Assembly (NCBI GenBank): GCA_019058365.1
Contig: JAHPZE010000006.1
Span: forward strand, 1 to 64,000
Direction: 5' to 3'
Length of the DNA stretch: 64,000 bases
From: Promethearchaeota archaeon
GTDB taxonomy: Archaea; Asgardarchaeota; Lokiarchaeia; Sigyniarchaeales; SOKP01
Shown piece after piece: positions 57,749-64,000 of the stretch (the stretch's first letter is position 1; each line of letters opens with the position of its first letter). The notes below the pieces were generated by a model. The model saw nothing but the letters and a program-made list of their open reading frames with translations, did not search any database and was not told the origin of the DNA. The translations under genes were made by a program, and so were the position numbers.

Positions 57749-58711
57749 TTATTCTTCTTGAAGCATTGCCTCTATAAGAATTTGAGTAGCCTCTTCCTCA
57801 GTTAAACCCTTAGCTTGTAGTTCATCAAGCCACTTTTGTGGAAACCTACCTAAGGAAGCTTCATGTGAAACACTTGAAGTTGGATCTATGGCTCTGATAA
57901 AAGGACGAGCTCTACATATAGATCCTTTTCCTAATACAATTTCATTACACTCTACATGACCATTACATTGTGGAGCATTTCCTTCCGTAATCCCATACAT
58001 TAGCACTTCTCCACCGTCTTTAGCAGCTGCTTTCATTTTAATTACGCTTCGTGCATTTTCTCCCTCAAGAAAAACAGAATCTCTTATCCTGATCGAATCT
58101 TTTTTGCATTTTCCAAAAGCTCTGATATTTGATTTAATTACACTGTTTTTCATTGCATATATATCTAGCATTATTTTAACTTTACCGGGAGTACCTTTTG
58201 TTAAGTTAAAATTATTTTCAAAAATGCTATTTTCACCGATGTACATATATCCAACTGGAGCAACTAATGCCCCCGAATTTTCACCATGATAATGAGTTTC
58301 ACTATAAGTAAATTTACAATTTTTTCCAATGTAGAAATGTCCAAACATTTTATGAATGAGTCCATTTGCTTTTGGAAAACTGCAATGTGCTTGTACAGTT
58401 ACTTCTGTATTATCTTCAGCAATAATTCTTGGAAAAATTTCTTGAACTCCTGTCTCTTTATTAACACCAAAGCATAAATGAACTGGGTCTTCAATTTTTG
58501 TTCCTTGTTTAATTACAATATCTGCTACAATTCCATTTTCAATCTCTCTACCTTTTAAGATAACACCTTTTACTTGTTCTAATCCGCTAATCTTATTAAA
58601 ATCTAATAAGAGTTTGGCCCCCTTCCCATGTCCCGGTAAAAAATCTCTAATATCAATATTATAATCTTCAAGACTTTCTAATATTTCTTCTGGATATTCT
58701 GTTTTGCTCAT
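57749..58711 (-). CDS. sufB: SufB/SufD-like Fe-S scaffold (SmsB)
   Basis: PVHLCFG, AHCSFP, YSETHYHG, GHVECNEI, VSHEASLG, LQAKGLTEEEA. Confidence 0.9.
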   Translation of the reverse strand: MSKTEYPEEILESLEDYNIDIRDFLPGHGKGAKLLLDFNKISGLEQVKGVILKGREIENGIVADIVIKQGTKIEDPVHLCFGVNKETGVQEIFPRIIAEDNTEVTVQAHCSFPKANGLIHKMFGHFYIGKNCKFTYSETHYHGENSGALVAPVGYMYIGENSIFENNFNLTKGTPGKVKIMLDIYAMKNSVIKSNIRAFGKCKKDSIRIRDSVFLEGENARSVIKMKAAAKDGGEVLMYGITEGNAPQCNGHVECNEIVLGKGSICRARPFIRAIDPTSSVSHEASLGRFPQKWLDELQAKGLTEEEATQILIEAMLQEE

Positions 58712-59505
58712 AATCCTTGTTCCTCCCTAAATATTTTATCGATATAATCCTCATCGAAGCAAGCTTGTTTCCCATTGAATAATTTTCTTTTACAAAATTC
58801 TTTTAATCCAGCTTTAGCGCAATACCTTAGCATAACTTTCGGAAACACATCTGTTAGTATAGCATCACCCCTCCATATAAGAGTTCCATAATCTGCAACC
58901 ATCCCAATATCTTCTCTGTGGGTAATCAATAGGATTGTCATGTTCAATCCCTTGATTTTACCAAAAATATGTAAAAAATCTTCAATAACAATGAAATCTA
59001 ATCCTGAATCTGGTTCATCTAGTATAACCAATCTGGGTCTCATCGCAATGGTTGCTGCTAACTCTACTCTCTTTCTCTCTCCTCCGCTTAAAGATTCATC
59101 AATAGTTCGATTCATATATCTTTCAGGCTCTAAATTTACAATTTGTAAAGCTTCACGGATTATATCTTTACTATTTACTTTATCCTTAATTCCAAGAGAT
59201 ATATATTTTGGAATTGATAATCCATCGATTCTTGCTGGTTCTTGCCATGCTAAAGTTATACCTAATTTTGCACGTTCTGATATACTCATATCAGTAATGT
59301 CAATTCCATCAAAATATATTTTTCCTTCAGAGGGCTTATAATTATTTAACCCCATTATAGTATATGCTAATGTTGATTTTCCTGATCCATTTGGACCAAT
59401 AACAGCATGAATTGAACCTTCTTTAACACCAAATGAGACCTTATTTATTATTACACATTCTTGATCAAATGTAGGTATTGTTAGATCTTTTACTTCTAAT
59501 AGCAT
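58708..59505 (-). CDS. sufC: SufC-like ABC ATPase (SmsC)
   Basis: GPNGSGKST, LAWQEP, LSGGERKR, LDEPDSG, ITH; 3 C-terminal Cys; overlaps the sufB-like gene. Confidence 0.92.
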   Translation of the reverse strand: MLLEVKDLTIPTFDQECVIINKVSFGVKEGSIHAVIGPNGSGKSTLAYTIMGLNNYKPSEGKIYFDGIDITDMSISERAKLGITLAWQEPARIDGLSIPKYISLGIKDKVNSKDIIREALQIVNLEPERYMNRTIDESLSGGERKRVELAATIAMRPRLVILDEPDSGLDFIVIEDFLHIFGKIKGLNMTILLITHREDIGMVADYGTLIWRGDAILTDVFPKVMLRYCAKAGLKEFCKRKLFNGKQACFDEDYIDKIFREEQGL

Positions 59506-59751
59506 TTTAGAACACTAAATATTAAATTATTATAATTTTTAAGAGCTCTCAACTAAGATCTTAAATTCTCGTTTGAATAAAAATTTAAATTTTCTTTTAA
59601 TATCATCAGAAGAAAAATAGAGATTTCAAATCTTTGATTAAATTATAGTAGATAACTTAAAAAAGACCTTTAATATTATATTCTTAGTTTTCATTATAAA
59701 TCTTAAAAATAAAAAATGCATAATACTGTGTAATTTAAAAAAGTGATAATA

Positions 59752-60543
59752 ATGGTAAAAAAAGAGTACATCTGTGAAAAGGGAAAAAGGAGTTCAATCG
59801 TTATAGAAGATGTTTCAATTGAAATTAGGGAAGGAGCCACTCTCATTTTAGGATTTGCGGGAATTGGTCTTATTGGTCCTATTGTTGCTAATACTTTAAT
59901 TGAACAATTACCAGATGTTAAAGAAATTGGTTTTATCACCAGTGAGTATCTTCCCCCAATCTCTGTGTTTTATGCGGGCGTTTTAAAACACCCATTCCGA
60001 CTCCTTTATTCGTCTCAATCAAATCTTATAATAGGCATTTGTGAAGTTCCTTTTCAAATTCCAACAGCATACAATGATTTGAGTAAAACCATATGTAATT
60101 GGGCTTTATCGCAAGATGTTAAAGCAAAAGAGTTAGTAATTTTTCAAGGAATACCTCAAAGAGGTATTATTGATGAATATCCTGTATATTATGCTGCAGA
60201 AGAAGTAATGATTGATCAGCTTGAAAAATTTGGAATCAAAAAAGTTGAAAAAGGAATCATTGTGGGTCCTGAGGCAACTGTATTAAATGAAGCATTAGTA
60301 AATAGATTGAATGCTTATGCTTTATTTACTCCCGTTTTAGAAATCCCTACTCCAGAGGGTGCTGCGAGTATAATAGAAGTTTTAAGTAGAATTTATGATT
60401 TAAAGATTGATACTTCATCTTTAATAGAGCAGGGAAAAGAAATAAAAGCTAGGATGTTAGAGCTAGCACAAAAAGCTCAAGAGTATCAAAAACAACAACA
60501 ATTACCTGGATCTGGAAAAGAGTACACTGGATATTTCCAATAA
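59752..60543 (+). CDS. PAC2-family proteasome assembly chaperone (second paralog)
   Basis: LGFAGIGLIGPI, LPPI..HPFRL, IVGP, PTPEGAA, IDTSSLIEQGKEI; ends GYFQ. Confidence 0.9.
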   Translation: MVKKEYICEKGKRSSIVIEDVSIEIREGATLILGFAGIGLIGPIVANTLIEQLPDVKEIGFITSEYLPPISVFYAGVLKHPFRLLYSSQSNLIIGICEVPFQIPTAYNDLSKTICNWALSQDVKAKELVIFQGIPQRGIIDEYPVYYAAEEVMIDQLEKFGIKKVEKGIIVGPEATVLNEALVNRLNAYALFTPVLEIPTPEGAASIIEVLSRIYDLKIDTSSLIEQGKEIKARMLELAQKAQEYQKQQQLPGSGKEYTGYFQ

Positions 60544-60734
60544 CAAAAATCGTTTTCAAATTCATTTTAAATATTCAATCTTATTTTTTATTAAATGTTC
60601 TCTAATTTTAAGTAAAATATAAGAAATCTATATATCTCTGAAGTTGACTTTTGATAAATTATAAAAATTACGTTTATAATTCACCTTTATTTAGATAGCT
60701 TGAATGAAAATAAGGATTAAATTAAATATAATTT

Positions 60735-61190
60735 TTGAGGCAATTTACTATTAAAGAAAAATTTATACCGGTTCAGATTGATCAGGAGTTGTGTTTAAGA
60801 TGTGAACGTTGTTTACGAGCTTGTAAAGCTAAAGCAATATATTTTGAGCATGGAATAAGAAAAGTCGATTATATTAAATGTAAAGCATGTTTAAACTGTG
60901 TTCAAGTATGTCCAAGAAACGCAATCCAAGTAACTTCTATTACACATGCAGATCAAATTGTAAGCATAAAAATAGATCATGAAAAATGTACAATGTGCGA
61001 AAAATGTCTCGATGAAAATGGAAAATTCTGCCCAAAAAATCTTTTTTATAAAGATATTGTAAAAAAAGTGGGAAGAGAAGAAAAAGGAATAAGATTTAAG
61101 TTTAGAGAGATAGCAAAATGTCAAGGTTGCTTAAAGTGCGAATTATTTTGCCCAGAAGGGGCAATAGAACCAGTGAAATTTGAAGCTTAA
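60735..61190 (+). CDS. polyferredoxin (4 x [4Fe-4S] motifs)
   Basis: CLRCERCLRAC, CKACLNCVQVCP, CTMCEKC..FCP, CQGCLKCELFCP. Confidence 0.92.
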   Translation: MRQFTIKEKFIPVQIDQELCLRCERCLRACKAKAIYFEHGIRKVDYIKCKACLNCVQVCPRNAIQVTSITHADQIVSIKIDHEKCTMCEKCLDENGKFCPKNLFYKDIVKKVGREEKGIRFKFREIAKCQGCLKCELFCPEGAIEPVKFEA

Positions 61191-61206
61191 ATCTATAATG
61201 AAATTT

Positions 61207-61761
61207 TTAGCTTTTCTCCTTAACTTTTTGCAAAATTAGTTTTCTAATATCTTCAAATTTCTTTATTACAACAATCCCTTCCATCTGATTTAATCTTTTT
61301 ATATTTTCAATTTCAACATCTCTAATTTTTAAGATTAAAGGAGAACCGTCAGGTCGAGAAGTAACAATTGGCTCAGTATCTTGATCCGATGGAAAAACAT
61401 AGACTATCTGTCCTCCTTTAATGGCTTGAGCCACACAATTAGTTATTAAAGTATCTGCGATACCATATACAATTTTAGCTACACTATTAGCAGAAACTGG
61501 GCAAGCTATAAATAAATCGTAATTCCCGATTTGCAGAGGTCCAGCATAAAAGGGAATATTTGGCGTTTTTTCGACTTTCACCTTTTTGACAGCTTCAGTG
61601 AGAGCTAACCACTTTTTATACCACTTAACAACAGCACTCCCTTCTTTCGATAAAATAACAGTTAAATCTATATTAAAATTATCTTGTAATTCTTTCATCA
61701 AATCAATGGATTCTTGAAGAACATAACCCGTTCCTGTTATACCCCACATTAATTTAAACAT
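61207..61761 (-). CDS. archaeal flavoprotein (AfpA/DmrX-like, HFCD fold)
   Basis: WGITGTG, LSKEG..VVKWY, GPLQIG.YD, PVSANSVAKIVYGIADTLITN, PSD. Confidence 0.85.
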   Translation of the reverse strand: MFKLMWGITGTGYVLQESIDLMKELQDNFNIDLTVILSKEGSAVVKWYKKWLALTEAVKKVKVEKTPNIPFYAGPLQIGNYDLFIACPVSANSVAKIVYGIADTLITNCVAQAIKGGQIVYVFPSDQDTEPIVTSRPDGSPLILKIRDVEIENIKRLNQMEGIVVIKKFEDIRKLILQKVKEKS

Positions 61762-61873
61762 TTCAAATACTTAGTTTTATTTATTATTATATCTACTAAT
61801 AAGAAGAATTAATAATTTAAGCATAATAAATATTTAATGAGAATAACCTAAAATTATTAGCTATAGATTTAAT

Positions 61874-63106
61874 ATGAATGATTCAAAATATATCTATCTT
61901 GATAATGCTGCGACGACTCCAATGGATCCAAGAGTTATTGAAGAGGTTACTAAACACTTTAGAGAGACTTATGGAAATTCTTCGAGCTTGCACTCAGTTG
62001 GGCAAAAAGCAGGGCAAGTATTGTTAAAATCACGCGAAACTATTGCATCATTAATTAATGCGAATAGAGATGATATCTTTTTCACTTCATCAGGAACAGA
62101 GGCAGATAATATTGCTATTTTTGGTGTTTCTTCAAAAAGTAAAGAAAGAGGAAATCATATAATTACAACTTCAATTGAGCATCATGCAGTAGAAAACCCA
62201 TATAAAGAATTAGAGAAAAAAGGATTTGAAATTAGTTTTTTACCGGTTGATAAATATGGATTAATTGATCTAAAAGATTTAGAGGGTGCAATTAATGATA
62301 AAACTATCCTAATTAGTATAATGTTTGCTAACAACGAAATTGGAACAATTGAACCAATTAAAGAAATTGGCGCAATAGCGAAAAAACATGATGTTATATT
62401 TCATACTGATGCTGTTCAAGCATTCGGAAAAGTTCCAATCGACGTAAATGAGATGAACATTGATTTGTTATCTGCAGCCGCTCATAAACTTTATGGACCT
62501 AAAGGTGTAGGTATGTTATATATTCGTAATCAAGGAGTAAGAGAAGGTTGGGGTAAATATATTGCACCTATAATGTATGGTGGAGGTCATGAAAGGGAGA
62601 TAAGACCAAGTACGGTAAATGTCCCTGGTATTGCTGGTTTTGCAAAAGCCGTAGAAATCGCAAAGGAAGAAATGGAAAAAGAAATGGAGAGACAAATTAG
62701 ATTAAGGGATAGAATTATAAATTTTGCAACTACAAATATCGAAGATTGTTATTTAAGTGGACATCCTACTCAAAGACTGCCAAATAATATAAATTTAGGT
62801 TTTAAATATATAGAAGGAGAATCAATTGTATTAGATTTGGATGTGGAAGGAATTGCAACATCTACAGGTTCTGCATGTTCATCAAAGTCACTAGATCCTA
62901 GTCATGTATTGCTAGCAATAGGCTTAAAACCAGAGGACGCTCATGGTTCATTGAGAGTTTCAATAGGTAGGTTTACAACTGAGGGAGATATTGATTATCT
63001 CCTCGAGAAATTACCCTTTGTAATAGAGAGATTACGAAAAATATCCCCTCTTAAAAAGGGAGTCAAATATATATTTGATGAAACAGCAATAAATCATCAT
63101 CATTAA
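61874..63106 (+). CDS. iscS: cysteine desulfurase (IscS/NifS group I)
   Basis: IYLDNAATT, FTSSGTE, IEHHAV, ANNEIG, HTDAVQ, AHKLYGPKG, GSACSS. Confidence 0.96.
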   Translation: MNDSKYIYLDNAATTPMDPRVIEEVTKHFRETYGNSSSLHSVGQKAGQVLLKSRETIASLINANRDDIFFTSSGTEADNIAIFGVSSKSKERGNHIITTSIEHHAVENPYKELEKKGFEISFLPVDKYGLIDLKDLEGAINDKTILISIMFANNEIGTIEPIKEIGAIAKKHDVIFHTDAVQAFGKVPIDVNEMNIDLLSAAAHKLYGPKGVGMLYIRNQGVREGWGKYIAPIMYGGGHEREIRPSTVNVPGIAGFAKAVEIAKEEMEKEMERQIRLRDRIINFATTNIEDCYLSGHPTQRLPNNINLGFKYIEGESIVLDLDVEGIATSTGSACSSKSLDPSHVLLAIGLKPEDAHGSLRVSIGRFTTEGDIDYLLEKLPFVIERLRKISPLKKGVKYIFDETAINHHH

Positions 63107-63142
63107 CTACTTTTCTCAAAGAATTATTAGAAATTAGGAAAA

Positions 63143-63889
63143 CTAACGATATATTTCATCAGGGGGTTCGGTCTCTATTATTGTATAATTTCCACTACTC
63201 CAAGAATTAATAGTTCCAGACCAATTTGGAAATAAACTAAATCTCGGTCTTAGGTAAATTTTAACCCAATCATGGGGAGCGATCATAACATGCCTTGCTA
63301 ATTCCATTTCCCAAAATTCTGATTTGAAAAGATAATGTTCGACCACTAATATAAATGGTGCATTACCAAACCCTTCCCAAACGGTACTCTCATTAATTTT
63401 AAAATTCGGATGATTACTGGATAAATAATTGACAAAAACTTCTCTCATTGATTCGATTGTGGGTGAAATATTTGATGTCCAGTTTATCACCTGCACTTTT
63501 GCATAATCTTTTTTGGAGATCCTTCCACTGCTAGCTACTGCTTCAACTTCAATTATATTATTGAGATGAGTTATATTAGGATATAAAAATACTTCAACTA
63601 TCTTTTTTAATGGCTCATTTTCCCAAATTTTATATTCTAATTCAATCGATATGTTAGTTTTTATCGATATAGATAAATTAGACATTAATTCATTGCTGTT
63701 GGTTCTTATATCTAAAAGCAACCATGCTGAATGATTTGAATATGATTTCATTTCTTTAGGCATAAATTCAATTTGGAGGTTTTTTTGTCCTGGCGTATTG
63801 AAAATTATAAAAAAAACAATTGGCATTGAAGCTATAATCAACGTAATTCCCACTATAGACGCAATCGTAAACTTTTTATTCCTTTTCAT
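63143..63889 (-). CDS. membrane-anchored/secreted hypothetical protein
   Basis: basic N-terminus + TM, sequons, C-terminal ILVVEHY..W..HVMIAPHDW motif. Confidence 0.8.
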   Translation of the reverse strand: MKRNKKFTIASIVGITLIIASMPIVFFIIFNTPGQKNLQIEFMPKEMKSYSNHSAWLLLDIRTNSNELMSNLSISIKTNISIELEYKIWENEPLKKIVEVFLYPNITHLNNIIEVEAVASSGRISKKDYAKVQVINWTSNISPTIESMREVFVNYLSSNHPNFKINESTVWEGFGNAPFILVVEHYLFKSEFWEMELARHVMIAPHDWVKIYLRPRFSLFPNWSGTINSWSSGNYTIIETEPPDEIYR

Positions 63890-63895
63890 AACAGC

Positions 63896-64000
63896 TCAAC
63901 TAAAAAAAAACGATAATAAGGCTAAATATCCAATAGATAAAATAATATGAATTATAGCAAATGTAGCACCAACTTTCAATAATCTTTTAAAATTTAGATT
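63896..64000 (-). CDS. 3' end of a membrane transporter (SLC13/ArsB-NhaD-like), truncated by the window edge
   Basis: NLNFKRLLKVGATFAIIHIILSIGYLALLSFFFS* resembles the terminal helix of IT-superfamily permeases. Confidence 0.5.
   Translation of the reverse strand, partial: NLNFKRLLKVGATFAIIHIILSIGYLALLSFFFS

Noticed and set aside
132-61124. Many 60-130 aa ORFs antisense to or nested within long genes (e.g. 24010..24381, 58940..59341, 18801..19070)
   Set aside because: They lie fully inside well-supported genes, have F/S/I-rich antisense-type composition and show no motifs
2580-63120. Recurrent TTCTCAA/TGAGAA hexamer in intergenic regions
   Set aside because: The rough count is near chance expectation for AT-rich DNA, with no fixed spacing or position; it needs a formal enrichment test
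1-64000. CRISPR array, IS/transposase, integrase, rRNA, prophage genes
   Set aside because: No regularly spaced repeats, terminal inverted repeats or corresponding protein motifs were seen

Overview
AT-rich (about 30% GC by eye), gene-dense archaeal chromosomal segment that looks like Asgard archaea (Lokiarchaeia/Promethearchaeota-like). The evidence is two small Ras-superfamily GTPases, longin-like domains, an IPGF-TM-KKKR C-terminal sorting signal, two PAC2 proteasome chaperones, DUF2070, an AfpA-like flavoprotein, SmsCB, and GTGA-type ribosome-binding sites. It holds about 65 CDS, one intronless tRNA-Ala(GGC), a VapBC pair and a receiver-domain remnant. I saw no rRNA, CRISPR array, transposase or integrase. 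The most notable items are: (1) a translationally coupled pair of an uncharacterised B12-binding enzyme and an opine dehydrogenase, near an atypical racemase and an MFS fusion; (2) a membrane-anchored subtilase with the domain order of eukaryotic site-1 protease (MBTPS1/SKI-1); (3) two longin + winged-helix proteins, one receptor-like and one coupled to a small GTPase; (4) a MoxR AAA+ / HEXXH-vWA pair; (5) a WOR5-like tungsten enzyme in a higher-GC patch after the tRNA; (6) a probable ATA start codon. All family calls come from motif recognition by eye; no searches were run.
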